A stretch of 64,000 nt of DNA from Terriglobia bacterium (GTDB lineage: Bacteria; Acidobacteriota; Terriglobia; JAJPHL01; JAPKYU01): positions 96,001 to 160,000 of the forward strand of contig CBDBKE010000003.1 in NCBI GenBank assembly GCA_965206645.1. The letters are read 5' to 3'. Positions 1 to 9,954 of this stretch are shown here, in pieces. The notes beneath the pieces are model-generated. The model searched no databases, was not told where the DNA came from, and was given only the letters and a program-made list of their open reading frames with translations. The position numbers and the translations under genes are program-made. Within the stretch, counting starts at the first letter, position 1, and each line of letters starts with the position of its first letter.

Positions 1-448
1 CTTTTTCGACATGGACGCGCAAGGAGTCCCGAGCAGCTTCAAAGCGGTATAGCCCGGTGCGCTTGATGGGAATCGTGTGTTCCCGCCATAGCATCACAAT
101 GGAAGTTCCCTTCCGAGTTTCGTTCACTTCCAGCATGGCGGTGCCCGAAACCAGCTCGACGCGAACGTCTGTGAGCCGCGAGGAGAGCAGCCGGACTGTG
201 GAGTGGCGGTCCAGGCGCAGAAAACTGCCCGGAGTCAGAAGCAGTTCCAGGCGTCCCCGCCAGGTTGTTACGGTCTGGCCTTCGGCGATTTGCCGCTCGA
301 CCTTCCCGTCCGGGCTGCTGGGCAGCGTCACCGCGCCCTGCCAGTAATTCACGTAACCGGCACGCGCCGAGATGACGTGTTGCGCAGCCACGGGCGCTGG
401 GCCAGTGAACCATCCCAAAAGAACCAATGCAAAGACTAGCCTTCTCAT
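1..448 (-). CDS. Secreted FecR-domain-like protein, 5' part (runs off window)
   Basis: Own translation from ATG 448: MRRLVFALVLLGWFTGPAPVAAQHVISARAGYVNYWQG...GRLELLLTPGSFLRLDRHSTVRLLSSRLTDVRVELVSG; signal peptide and G-rich RBS. Not in the ORF track because it has no stop in the window. Confidence 0.65.
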   Translation of the reverse strand, partial: MRRLVFALVLLGWFTGPAPVAAQHVISARAGYVNYWQGAVTLPSSPDGKVERQIAEGQTVTTWRGRLELLLTPGSFLRLDRHSTVRLLSSRLTDVRVELVSGTAMLEVNETRKGTSIVMLWREHTIPIKRTGLYRFEAARDSLRVHVEK

Positions 449-823
449 TGCACCCCCCTTTGGGTCTTCGCCTCTGCTAGCTGTTAGACGTGCACCACCC
501 CGCCGGGGTTGCCTCATCACTTGCGTCATCACCAAGACAACTGAAGCCATCCGGCCTTGTGAATCGGAGTATCATTCTCCAAAGGGGAGAATCAGCTGCC
601 CTACCGTTTGCCGTAGGAGTCCTAGATGACGAAAGCCAAAACTGGCTGGCTGCTGCTGGGAATCTTGTGTGTTGTCTATTTCCTCGTATTCCGCGATACA
701 GGTTGGGATAAGTACAACGCAGCCGGAGAGAAGGCTTACCAGCAAGGTCAGTATGACCTGCCTGGCGATTTCCGGACCAGCTGAAGCCTGAGAGAATGGC
801 GCCCTCGGAGAAACGAGGGAGCC

Positions 824-1087
824 ATGAAGAAGACCCGGTTTACCGAAGAGCAGATGGTGACGATCCTCCGCGAGGCCGATCAGCGGCCCGTTCCGGAGGT
901 GGCCAAAAAGAACGGCGTCAGCGCCCAGACGCTCTACGCCTGGCGGAAACACTTCGGCACGTTGGAGCCCGCCGATGTGAAGCGGCTGCGGCAGCTCGAG
1001 CAGGAGAACGGCCGGCTGAAAAAGATGGTGGCCGATCGAGATCTGGAGATCGACGTGCTCAAGGAGATCACCCGAAAAAAATGGTAG
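824..1087 (+). CDS. IS3 transposase OrfA
   Basis: MKKTRFTEEQMVTILRE HTH and leucine zipper; A7 slippery run (AAAAAAATGGTAG) at its end for -1 frameshifting. Confidence 0.92.
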   Translation: MKKTRFTEEQMVTILREADQRPVPEVAKKNGVSAQTLYAWRKHFGTLEPADVKRLRQLEQENGRLKKMVADRDLEIDVLKEITRKKW

Positions 1088-2004
1088 GCGCACGCGTGCG
1101 CCGGCCGCAGGTCGCGTATGCACGTGCACGCGGTCTGTCGGGTCGCCGCGCGTGCGCCTTGCTCTCCGTCGCACGGTCCACGCTGGGCTACCAGTCGCGG
1201 CTGGTCGACCGGGATGCCCCGGCGCTGGCCGCGATGCGTCGTCTGGCGGCGCAGTATCCGCGGTACGGCTATCGCCGGATTCGGATTTTCCTAAAACGCG
1301 AAGGGCACACGATGAGCACGGACCGGACCCATCGCCTCTGGCGCCAGGCGGGGTTGCAGGTGCCTCGGCGGCGGCCGCGGCGCCGGGTCGCCCTGAGCCG
1401 GCCCCGCCCGGTGCCCGCCACTGCGGTCAATCACGTCTGGGCGTACGACTTCGTGTTCGACACCTGCGCGAATGGGCAGACGCTCAAGTGCCTCACCGTC
1501 GTCGACGAATGGACCCGCGAGTCACTCGCGATCGACGTGGCCGGCGGCATTCGGTCCGGGCGCGTTATCGAGGTGCTCACGCAGCTCGTGAGCGTCCACG
1601 GAGCCCCACGTTACCTCCGGTCCGACAACGGCCCCGAGTTTGTCGCGGGTGCGATTCTCCGGTGGCTGCTCCAGGCGCAGATCGAAACCGCGCTCATCGA
1701 GCCGGGCAAGCCGTGGCAGAATGCGACCGACGAATCGTTCAACGGGAAGTTCCGCGACGAGTATCTGAGCCTGCAGTGGTTTCGGAACCGCGTGGACGCG
1801 AAGGTGGGGATCGAGCAATGGCGACGGCACTACAACGACGTGCGACCGCACTCGAGCCTTGGCTATCTGACGCCAGCCGAGTTCAAAGCGCAGCTCCGTG
1901 CTGGCTCGGATGACGGTGGGCGCTCGCCGGCGATGCCGGCTCACGCTGACCAAGAAGAACACGAGAGCGACTTAACCATGCCGACTGGCGCTGTTCTCCA
2001 GTAA
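1081..2004 (+). CDS. IS3 transposase OrfB (DDE integrase core)
   Basis: YGYRR, WAYDF, RSDNGPEF, ESFNGKFRDE, RPHSSLGYLTP motifs. Confidence 0.92.
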   Translation: MVGARVRRPQVAYARARGLSGRRACALLSVARSTLGYQSRLVDRDAPALAAMRRLAAQYPRYGYRRIRIFLKREGHTMSTDRTHRLWRQAGLQVPRRRPRRRVALSRPRPVPATAVNHVWAYDFVFDTCANGQTLKCLTVVDEWTRESLAIDVAGGIRSGRVIEVLTQLVSVHGAPRYLRSDNGPEFVAGAILRWLLQAQIETALIEPGKPWQNATDESFNGKFRDEYLSLQWFRNRVDAKVGIEQWRRHYNDVRPHSSLGYLTPAEFKAQLRAGSDDGGRSPAMPAHADQEEHESDLTMPTGAVLQ

Positions 2005-2429
2005 TCGGTGGTCCGAAGAAAGCCGGCAGGTCAAGTACGCTGAGGCCCAGACACAGTGGATGTCCGCGCTCAAGGAGGCAGGAAAGTTCGGCCAGGAAGA
2101 CCCCCGCCTGGCCGCAAGCCTGAACAACCTGGCGGTGCTCCGCCAGGCTCAGGCAAAAGCGGGAGGAGGCGTCAGCTCCCCCCAGTTGATTCGCCGTGTC
2201 GAGCCCAAATACACCAAGGAAGCCAGAACAGCCCGCGTGGAGGGCACTGCAATTCTGTACTGCGTCGTGGACACAATTGGCCAGGTCCGAAACATTAGAG
2301 TAATTCGACCTTTGGGAATGGGGCTGGACGATAGGGCGGTAGAGGCAGTCCGGCAGTGGAGATGCAAGCCGGGACTCCAGAAGGGCAAACCAGTGGCGGT
2401 GAAGGCTGCGGTTGAAGTTACGTTTCGAA

Positions 2430-2591
2430 TTCGTTGAGAAGGCCTGGGGAACGGAGCAGCCAAACGTGGCGACGACCCTAGGGAACCTTGCTGCTTTGCT
2501 ACGGAAAACGAACCGGGAGGCTGAGGCAGCCAAACTGGAGGCCCGCGCCCAGGCCATCCGCGCCAAGCACGCCCAAAAGAACCCCCAGTAA
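2430..2591 (+). pseudogene. Orphan TPR C-terminal fragment
   Basis: Reads EKAWGTEQPNVATTLGNLAALLRKTNREAEAAKLEARAQAIRAKHAQKNPQ* in a different frame just past the TonB stop. Confidence 0.6.
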
Positions 2592-2697
2592 GTGATTGCG
2601 GTGCTTGCGGGAATACCAACTGCCAACACAAAGCCACAAAGGTACAAGCCCGCACGCAATCTGGACACTCGCAGACTTGCCAGCATAAGCTTGGGCC

Positions 2698-2940
2698 ATG
2701 CATAAATGCCCCCATTGCGGCGAGCCTGGAATATCAACGATCAGAAAGTTGTGCCTGGGACCTGGGATGCCAGCAATCTGCAAAAACTGTCGGAAGAAAG
2801 TTGGCGTGCCATGGCGAACTATGTGGTTTATGGTTCCGTTCTTGGTTCTCTATCTCCTAGGACAAGCTGGGTTGGCTTTCGTCTGTTTCTTGCTGGCGTG
2901 CTACATCCACCTGAAGTGGATTCCCTTGATCCGAAAGTGA
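2698..2940 (+). CDS. Small CxxC...CxxC zinc-ribbon membrane protein
   Basis: CPHC and CKNC followed by two hydrophobic helices. Confidence 0.65.
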   Translation: MHKCPHCGEPGISTIRKLCLGPGMPAICKNCRKKVGVPWRTMWFMVPFLVLYLLGQAGLAFVCFLLACYIHLKWIPLIRK

Positions 2941-3295
2941 GAGCAACACAGATTCAGGACACTACCAGTAGCGCTCCCCCGGGACTGCGCATGGCTATTC
3001 CCTTCCGGGAAACGATTGGCCAAGGGCACAGCCTGCGGGGTCGCATGTCTTCTGCTTCCGGCGAATCTATCGGGACTGAAGCTGCTCCCGGTGTTGGGCA
3101 CTCGCCACTGAGGATTTCGGGAAATGGAGTTCGGCCACCTTGCCGGTCTTGCCGGTTTTTGACAGGCACTGGCGACGCGCGCTAGGCTCAGGTTGGCGGA
3201 AACAGCAATGGGCTCTTCTGTCCTCAGCGTGGCCACTTCCCAGTTGGGGGCATGGGCTATGGTTTACAATAGGGCAAGCCGCTGCCGGTGTTTGG

Positions 3296-4189
3296 ATGGA
3301 CTTCGATCAGCTACGTATCTTTCTGGAAATTGTCCGGCTGGGCAGCTTCTCGCGCGCCGCCGAGAGCTGTTTCCGCTCGCAGCCGGCGGTGAGCGCGCAG
3401 ATCCGCCAGATGGAGGAGGAACTGGGCACCAAGCTGTTCGACCGCGTCGCCAGCCGCGTGCAGCTTACCGCTGCCGGGAAGCGCTTCAGCGAATACGCGC
3501 GCGACATGCTCGAGCTGCGGCGGCGCGCCTCGCAGGAAATGGCCGAGATGAATACGGTGCCCCGCGGCGAGCTGGTGATCGGCGCCAACGAGGCCACCTG
3601 CCTGTACATCCTGCCGGGGGTCTTCGCCGAGTTCAAGAAAACGTATCCGGAGGTGCAGATCAGCATCTTCCGCACGCACGGGGCAGCGGTGGTGCAGCGA
3701 GTGCTGGAAAACGCGCTGGATTTCGGAATCGCGCAGCTACCGCTGCAGGACCGGCGTTTGGAACGAGTCTCGATCCACACCGATGAGCTTTGCCTGGTGC
3801 TTCCCCCATCTCATCCGCTGGCGCGCTCCGGGCCGGTCGAACCGGAGGCGCTGGCGCCTTTCCCCCTACTGCTGCCCAAGAGCGGCCGCACCCGTTCGCT
3901 GCTCGATGAATACCTGTTCCCGGTGCGCGAGCGGATGCTGATTTCCATGGAGTTGGAATCCAGCGAGATGATCAAACGCTTTGTGCAGGCCGGCTTGGGA
4001 ATCTCCTTCATTGCCCGAACCTACGCCCAGGCCGACGCGCGCGCCGGAAGCCTGAAGCTGGTGAGCCTTCGCGGCCGTCCCAGCATCCAGCTCGGCTTGA
4101 TCTACCGGAAGGACAAGCCGCTGTCGCGCGCCGCCCTGGCCTTCATTGAGGTAGCCACCCACCACACGGCCGCCAAAGCCCGCGCCTAG
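3296..4189 (+). CDS. LysR-family transcriptional regulator
   Basis: MDFDQLRIF...GSFSRAAE...SQPAVSAQIRQMEEELGTKLFDR HTH plus substrate-binding domain; start set at ATG 3296. Confidence 0.93.
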   Translation: MDFDQLRIFLEIVRLGSFSRAAESCFRSQPAVSAQIRQMEEELGTKLFDRVASRVQLTAAGKRFSEYARDMLELRRRASQEMAEMNTVPRGELVIGANEATCLYILPGVFAEFKKTYPEVQISIFRTHGAAVVQRVLENALDFGIAQLPLQDRRLERVSIHTDELCLVLPPSHPLARSGPVEPEALAPFPLLLPKSGRTRSLLDEYLFPVRERMLISMELESSEMIKRFVQAGLGISFIARTYAQADARAGSLKLVSLRGRPSIQLGLIYRKDKPLSRAALAFIEVATHHTAAKARA

Positions 4190-4402
4190 CACCGGCCCCT
4201 CCAACTCTGCAGCTTCTCGAACAAGGCAGCGGTGCCGGCGAGTACGCTCCATTCGCTTGCTGGTTTGGAACTTTCACTGAGTTCGTAGAACGGTTCCGCA
4301 CGGAAATTTGCAGGTGGAGCGGGGTCTTGCTGTAGTATAATTTGCGTCCTTAGCTAGAGAAATTACAGCGCCGGGGGCAGTTCCAACTAGGTCGAAACGG
4401 GC

Positions 4403-5365
4403 ATGAAGAAAGTTCTCCTGCTGCGCCCACGCGGCTTTTGCGCCGGGGTGGTTCGCGCCATTGACATTGTCAACATTGCACTGGACGCTTTCGGACCGCC
4501 CATTTACGTTCGCAAGGAAATCGTCCATAACCGATACGTGGTGGAGGAGCTCTCAGCCCGTGGAGCCATCTTTGTGGACTGCTGCCTGGAGGTGCCTTCT
4601 GGCGGCCGCATTATCTTTAGCGCGCACGGGGTATCTCCTCAAGTTAGGCAGGAGGCGCGAGACCGCCAGTTGCAGGTGATTGACGCCACCTGCCCGCTGG
4701 TGACCAAGGTGCATCTGGAGGCGGTGAAGTTCGCACGCAGGGGCTACACCATCCTGCTGATTGGCCACAGGGATCACGACGAGGTCGCCGGCACGCTGGG
4801 AGAGGCTCCGGGCCGGACGATCTTGATCAGCTCCGATCAAGACGCCGAGAACGTCCGCGTGCCTGACCCGGAACGCGTTGTCTACCTGACGCAGACCACA
4901 CTGAGCCTCGATGAGACCACCGGGATGATCCAGCGCCTGCGACGCCGGTTTCCGGCCATCCAGGGACCGCCGGCGCAAGATATCTGCTACGCGACTGAAA
5001 ACCGGCAGCACGCCGTCAAGGTGATCGCGAGACGGTGCGACCTGTTGCTGGTAGTCGGCTCGCAGAACAGCTCCAATTCCAATCGCCTGGTCGAAGTGGC
5101 CGCCAACGCGAAGCTGCCAGCTCACCTGATCGAAGATGAACAGTCTATTGACCCCCAGTGGTTGGAAGCAGCGGAAACCATTGGCGTCACCGCCGGCGCT
5201 TCGGCTCCCGAGCGCCTGGTTCAGCAGGTCATTCTGTCCCTGCGGAACTGCGGATTTTCTACCGTAGAGGAAGTGGAAGTCATAGAGGAGGATGTGCGCT
5301 TTGCCCTGCCTCCGGAGCTGATTGCTGTGGGCGAGAGGCAGACAGCCAAACCAGCCGGAGTATGA
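4403..5365 (+). CDS. ispH: 4-hydroxy-3-methylbut-2-enyl diphosphate reductase
   Basis: PRGFCAGV, IVHN, SAHG, DATCPLV, QTTLS, DICYAT, SSNS, TAGASAP motifs. Confidence 0.97.
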   Translation: MKKVLLLRPRGFCAGVVRAIDIVNIALDAFGPPIYVRKEIVHNRYVVEELSARGAIFVDCCLEVPSGGRIIFSAHGVSPQVRQEARDRQLQVIDATCPLVTKVHLEAVKFARRGYTILLIGHRDHDEVAGTLGEAPGRTILISSDQDAENVRVPDPERVVYLTQTTLSLDETTGMIQRLRRRFPAIQGPPAQDICYATENRQHAVKVIARRCDLLLVVGSQNSSNSNRLVEVAANAKLPAHLIEDEQSIDPQWLEAAETIGVTAGASAPERLVQQVILSLRNCGFSTVEEVEVIEEDVRFALPPELIAVGERQTAKPAGV

Positions 5366-5533
5366 ATTCCATCAACCGCTGCCGCCGCCAGGACGGCAGC
5401 TTCGCTCTGGCCCCGCTTTGTGCACAGCTTGTGCGCAAACCGCAGGGTGTGGCGGAAATTCGGCAACTCTGGTACGCTTCGCGGATAGCTTCCCGGAGCT
5501 TGGGCGATTTTCTCAGGACACTGTTGGGAAGCA

Positions 5534-6619
5534 ATGGAACGTTTGCAGTCGGACGGCAAACTGCCTGAGCAGATGCAGGCTGCCGTCTATCGTGGGGAAG
5601 GACGTGTGCTTTTGGAGCAGGTGCCGCGCCCGAAGATCGGCCCCGGCGAGGTGTTGGTGCGCGTGGCCGTCTGCGGCGTTTGCAACACAGACATAAAGAA
5701 GATCACTGCCGACTTGCTGCCTCCGCCGCGCATCTTCGGACACGAGACCGCCGGCACCGTCGTAGCCGCGGGCACCGGTGTAGACCACCTTCGGGTCGGT
5801 GACCGCGTGGTGGTTTTTCATCACATCCCGTGCGGTGACTGCTTCTACTGCCGCAGGCGCCTTTATGCTCAATGCCCCACCTACAGAAAGGTGGGCGTCA
5901 CCGCCGGCTTTGAGCCCAGCGGCGGCGGCTTCGCCCAATACGTGCGGGTCATGGACTGGATTGCAACCCAGGGCACGGAGAAAATCCCGGACGGCGTCAG
6001 CTTCGAGGAAGCGTCATTCGTCGAGCCGATCAACACCTGCCTGAAGGCGCTGAAGACCGCCGGCCTCAGCGAGGGGGAGTGCGTGCTGATCCAGGGCCAG
6101 GGGCCGATCGGCGTGCTACTGCTTTTACTGGCGCGACGCCAGGGGGCCGAGGTGTTCGTCTCGGACCCGTTAGACGAGCGGTTGAAACGGGCCTCGGAAC
6201 TGGGAGCCGCGGCCATTTTCAATCCGCGGCGGCTGGAGGTGTCGGCGGCAGTGCTCCCCTTGACTGGAGGGCGGGGGGTGGACTTGGCAATTGTCGCTGC
6301 TCCCGCCCCCGATCTGCTGTCGGAGGCCCTGCGCGCGGTTCGGCCGGGTGGCCGCGTCTTGCTGTTCGCCCAGACAGCGCCAGCCGAGCAGGTGCCCGTG
6401 CCCACTGCCGCGATTTGCGTGGAAGAGAAACAGATTCTGGGCAGTTACAGCGCCGATTGGGATTTGCAAGCCGAGTCGGCGCGGCTGGTGTTTGAGCGGG
6501 AGCTATCGGTGCAGGAATTGATCACGCACCGTTTCTCGCTGTCGGAAATTGATTCCGCGATCCGGTTGGCGTCCGATCCCCAACCCGACTCGCTCAAGAT
6601 CGTCGTCAAATGCGTCTGA
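5534..6619 (+). CDS. Zn-dependent medium-chain dehydrogenase
   Basis: CGVCNTD, GHE, CxxCxxC...C, GQGPIG. Confidence 0.9.
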   Translation: MERLQSDGKLPEQMQAAVYRGEGRVLLEQVPRPKIGPGEVLVRVAVCGVCNTDIKKITADLLPPPRIFGHETAGTVVAAGTGVDHLRVGDRVVVFHHIPCGDCFYCRRRLYAQCPTYRKVGVTAGFEPSGGGFAQYVRVMDWIATQGTEKIPDGVSFEEASFVEPINTCLKALKTAGLSEGECVLIQGQGPIGVLLLLLARRQGAEVFVSDPLDERLKRASELGAAAIFNPRRLEVSAAVLPLTGGRGVDLAIVAAPAPDLLSEALRAVRPGGRVLLFAQTAPAEQVPVPTAAICVEEKQILGSYSADWDLQAESARLVFERELSVQELITHRFSLSEIDSAIRLASDPQPDSLKIVVKCV

Positions 6620-6632
6620 GGCAGCTACCACC

Positions 6633-7670
6633 GTGACGAAACGAATGATGGCCGCCATCCTGTACGGCAAGGAAAACCTCCGCATCGAGGAGGTAAACGT
6701 GCCGCGGATCGGCCCGGATGAAGTGCTGGTGAAGATTGAGACGGCACTCACCTGCGGGACCGATCTGAAAGTCTATCGTCAGGGCTACCACGCCCGTATG
6801 ATCGTGCCCCCGGCTATTTTCGGGCACGAATTAGCTGGGGTCGTCCAGGAAGTGGGCGAGCAGGTGGAACACTTCCGGGAAGGCATGCGGGTCGTCGCCG
6901 CGAATTCCGCCCCGTGCAACGACTGTCTGTATTGCGGCAAAGGCCTGGAAAACCTCTGCGAGCGGCTTCTGTTCAATAACGGCGCCTACGCCGAATTTAT
7001 CCGCATCCCCGCACCGATAGTACGGAAGAGCCTGCTGCGGATCCCGGACCACATCAGCTACCGGGATGCCGCGCTGCTGGAACCGCTGGCCTGCGTGTTG
7101 CGCGGCCTGGAGGAAACTGGGCTGCGGCAGGGCGATTCGCTGGCAATCATCGGCCTGGGGCCGATCGGGCTGATGTTCGTGCGGTTGGCCAAGCTGCGAG
7201 GCGCTTCCGTCGTAGCTGTGGGCAAGCGTCCCACCCAAAGGCAGGCCGCGCTGCGCATGGGAGCGGATGAGGTGATTGACGTCAGCCAGACCGACGATCC
7301 GGTGGGCGCCGTCCACCGCCTCCACTCCGAGGGCGTGGACGTGGCGATCGAGGCCGTAGGTAGCTCTCTCACCTGGCAGTGGGCTGCCGGCATGGTTCGT
7401 CGCGGGGGTACGGTGAACTTGTTTGGCGGTTGTCCCAGCGGCACCACCGTCGAGTTCGACACTTCGCTGCTCCACTACTCGGAAATCACCCTGCTCGCCA
7501 GCTTTCACCACACACCGTATTACATCCGGCGCGCCCTGGACTCCATTGCTGCCGGCGAGATTTGCGGCCAGGATCTGGTCACCGGCGAAGCGCCCCTGCA
7601 GGAGTTGCCCCGCGTTTTACGCCACATGATGAATCGCAACGGCGACCTGAAAACCGCCATTCTGCCCTAG
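6633..7670 (+). CDS. Zn-dependent medium-chain dehydrogenase (tandem paralog)
   Basis: TCGTD, GHE, CNDCLYC...C, GLGPIG; start GTG 6633 or ATG 6645. Confidence 0.9.
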   Translation: MTKRMMAAILYGKENLRIEEVNVPRIGPDEVLVKIETALTCGTDLKVYRQGYHARMIVPPAIFGHELAGVVQEVGEQVEHFREGMRVVAANSAPCNDCLYCGKGLENLCERLLFNNGAYAEFIRIPAPIVRKSLLRIPDHISYRDAALLEPLACVLRGLEETGLRQGDSLAIIGLGPIGLMFVRLAKLRGASVVAVGKRPTQRQAALRMGADEVIDVSQTDDPVGAVHRLHSEGVDVAIEAVGSSLTWQWAAGMVRRGGTVNLFGGCPSGTTVEFDTSLLHYSEITLLASFHHTPYYIRRALDSIAAGEICGQDLVTGEAPLQELPRVLRHMMNRNGDLKTAILP

Positions 7671-7763
7671 CTGAGCTGCCGAGTTCCGAATATCAGGCAG
7701 GTGCCAAGCACCGTTCTATAAGCCCGCAGGATGCTAGCAGGCTTGCCCAGATCAGCATTTTAA

Positions 7764-7997
7764 TTAATCCGAAAAGGTATAGACGGGTACTTGGACGGTC
7801 TTGAGCGCCGGAGGCGGCGTGGTCCGCAAATGATCCAGCTTCTTGCAGGTCTCTGCCTCGAAATAGGACTCACCACAGTTCCTACAGACCAAAGCCGGCA
7901 CATTCTCGACCAAGGCCAGAGTCTCGCCCCACCAATTTTCGGCCGTGACCCGGCGGGCCTCGATCTTGCCTCCACAAAAGTAACAACGCGTTAGCAT
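7764..7997 (-). CDS. YgiT-type zinc finger (MqsA-like N-terminal domain)
   Basis: CYFCGG...VENVPALVCRNCGESYF. Confidence 0.85.
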   Translation of the reverse strand: MLTRCYFCGGKIEARRVTAENWWGETLALVENVPALVCRNCGESYFEAETCKKLDHLRTTPPPALKTVQVPVYTFSD

Positions 7998-8086
7998 GGG
8001 GGCTTCAGGTCTTTCGACTGCGCGTTGACTCATCGAGCCATTCTGGCACTTATCCTACCTCAGAGTCTTGCAGTACAATCGCTAGA

Positions 8087-9025
8087 GTGCAGCTTCCTTG
8101 GGAATGGGTGGATGCTCCACCGGCAATGACCGCAGAAGAGGCTCGCCGGTACTGCGCGCAACTGGCCCGCTCCCACTACGAGAACTTTAGCGTTGTCAGT
8201 TTCCTCCTCCCTGCCAAGCTGCACCAGGACTTCTACAATGTCTATTCCTATTGCCGTTGGGCCGACGACCTGGGCGATGAGATTGAGGATCCTGGCGAAT
8301 CCACCCGCCTGCTCGGGCTTTGGCGGCAGCAGCTAGACACTTGCTATACGGCCGGCGTGCCAACAGCAGGCCAGGAGAATGTAGAACCCCGTCACCCTGT
8401 CTTCCTGGCACTGGGCGACACCATCCGCCGCCACCAGATTCCCGCCGAGCCATTTCGCGATTTGATTGTCGCGTTTCTCCAGGACCAGCGTGTCAACCGC
8501 TATGCCACCTACGCCGAGTTGCTCGACTATTGCCAGTATTCCGCCAACCCGGTCGGCCGATTGGTGCTGTACGTTTGTGGCTACCGCGATCCGGAACGCC
8601 AGCGACTCTCCGACCTCACCTGCACCGCCCTGCAGCTTGCTAATTTCTGGCAGGACGTCCGCGTGGATCTGGAAAAAGGGCGGCTGTACATCCCGCTGGA
8701 CGACATGGCCCGCTTCGGGTGTTCCGAACAGCAACTGCTCGGGCATCAGTGCACGCCCGAATTCCGCAACTTGATGCGCTTTGAGGTAGAGCGGACGCGC
8801 GAGCTGTTTCGCGCCGGCCAGCCGCTGGCCGAGCAGGTTGATCGCCGACTCGCTACGGACATCGAATTGTTTACCCGTGGCGGGCTGGAGATCCTGTGGA
8901 TGATCGAGCAGCAGAACTACGACGTGTTGTCGCGGCGCCCGGAGCTCGGCCGAGGCCGCAAGCTGCGGCTCCTGGCTGGAACCGTATTGCGCCGGGTTTC
9001 CCATAGGACAAGAGGGCCGGCATGA
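8087..9025 (+). CDS. hpnC: Squalene synthase HpnC
   Basis: SHYENF, RWADDLGDE, YCQYSANPVGRLVL, LQLANFWQD. Confidence 0.93.
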   Translation: MQLPWEWVDAPPAMTAEEARRYCAQLARSHYENFSVVSFLLPAKLHQDFYNVYSYCRWADDLGDEIEDPGESTRLLGLWRQQLDTCYTAGVPTAGQENVEPRHPVFLALGDTIRRHQIPAEPFRDLIVAFLQDQRVNRYATYAELLDYCQYSANPVGRLVLYVCGYRDPERQRLSDLTCTALQLANFWQDVRVDLEKGRLYIPLDDMARFGCSEQQLLGHQCTPEFRNLMRFEVERTRELFRAGQPLAEQVDRRLATDIELFTRGGLEILWMIEQQNYDVLSRRPELGRGRKLRLLAGTVLRRVSHRTRGPA

Positions 9026-9954
9026 ACCTGCCCGGAGAAACACGGCCCTCACTGGCCTACTCCTACAGGTATTGCGCCCGCGTAGCCCGCCGGGAGGCGC
9101 GCAACTTCTATTACGCGTTCCTGGTGCTTCCGCACCAGAAGCGCCGCGCTTTCTGCGCCGTCTATGCCTTCCTCCGCCACAGCGATGACATCCCCGACAA
9201 CAACGATCCTCACCAAGACCTCGCGTCGCGCCGCGGCTTGCTGGAAGCCTGGCGGAAACGTCTGGAAGCGGCTCTGGAAGGCGACTACGGCGACAACCCC
9301 TTGCTGCCCGCCTGGCATGACACCGTACGCCGCTACCGCTTGCCGCCCCAGTACTTCTTCGAGCTGATCAAGGGTGCGGAGATGGACCTGGACGGTGTGC
9401 GCTTCCAGACCTTTTCAGAGCTGTACCAGTACTGCTACCGCGTGGCCGGAGTGGTAGGTTTGATTTGCCTGCACGTCTTCGGCTTTAAGACAGCAGACCG
9501 GAAGGAAGCCTGCCGGCTGGCCGAAGCCTGCGGCATCGGCTTCCAGTTGACCAACATCCTGCGCGACCTGCGCGAGGACGCGGCCCGCGGCCGCGTCTAC
9601 CTGCCTGAAGAAGACCTGGCGCGCTTCGGCTATTCCCGCCAGCAGCTGGGGGCCGGGGTGAACAGCGAGGCCTACTACCGTCTGATGCGTTTCGAAGCAG
9701 AGCGAGCCCGCCAGTACTACCGTCAGGCGGCGGCCCTATTGGAAATGATTTGCCTCGATTCCCGGCCCGCGCTGTGGGCCATGATGGCGCTCTACTCTGG
9801 CATCCTGCGACGCATGGAAACCTTGGGTTTCCCGATGCTCCAGCGGCGGGTCGAACTGAGCGCGATGGACAAGCTCGAAATCCTGGCGCGGGCCTCGTGG
9901 ATGCGCCTGAATCACGGGGGCAGGGGTCCGTTTCCGGCGCCGCTTCTGGGATGA
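9022..9954 (+). CDS. hpnD: Presqualene diphosphate synthase HpnD
   Basis: NFYYAF, DDIPD, YCYRVAGVVG, QLTNILRDLREDAARGRVYLP; overlaps hpnC stop. Confidence 0.9.
   Translation: MNLPGETRPSLAYSYRYCARVARREARNFYYAFLVLPHQKRRAFCAVYAFLRHSDDIPDNNDPHQDLASRRGLLEAWRKRLEAALEGDYGDNPLLPAWHDTVRRYRLPPQYFFELIKGAEMDLDGVRFQTFSELYQYCYRVAGVVGLICLHVFGFKTADRKEACRLAEACGIGFQLTNILRDLREDAARGRVYLPEEDLARFGYSRQQLGAGVNSEAYYRLMRFEAERARQYYRQAAALLEMICLDSRPALWAMMALYSGILRRMETLGFPMLQRRVELSAMDKLEILARASWMRLNHGGRGPFPAPLLG

Larger units (their letters stand above)
754..2033 (+). mobile_element. IS3-family insertion sequence, complete, 4-bp TSD AGTA
   Basis: Ends TGACCTGCC...GGCAGGTCA with ~25 bp imperfect IRs; AGTA at 750-753 and 2034-2037; orfA/orfB inside. 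Confidence 0.95.
626..2437 (+). pseudogene. TPR + TonB C-terminal domain protein interrupted by IS3
   Basis: ATG 626 (AGGAG RBS) gives MTKAKTGWLLLGILCVVYFLVFRDTGWDKYNAAGEKAYQQGQY. After removing the IS and one AGTA copy it continues in frame as AEAQTQWMSALKEA...LAASLNNLAVL...VEPKYTKEARTARVEG...LGMGLDDRAVEAVRQW (TonB_C). Confidence 0.85.

Noticed and set aside
796-1080. N-terminal part of the 402-aa ORF
   Set aside because: It is the -1 frame overlapping OrfA; the real product arises by frameshifting.
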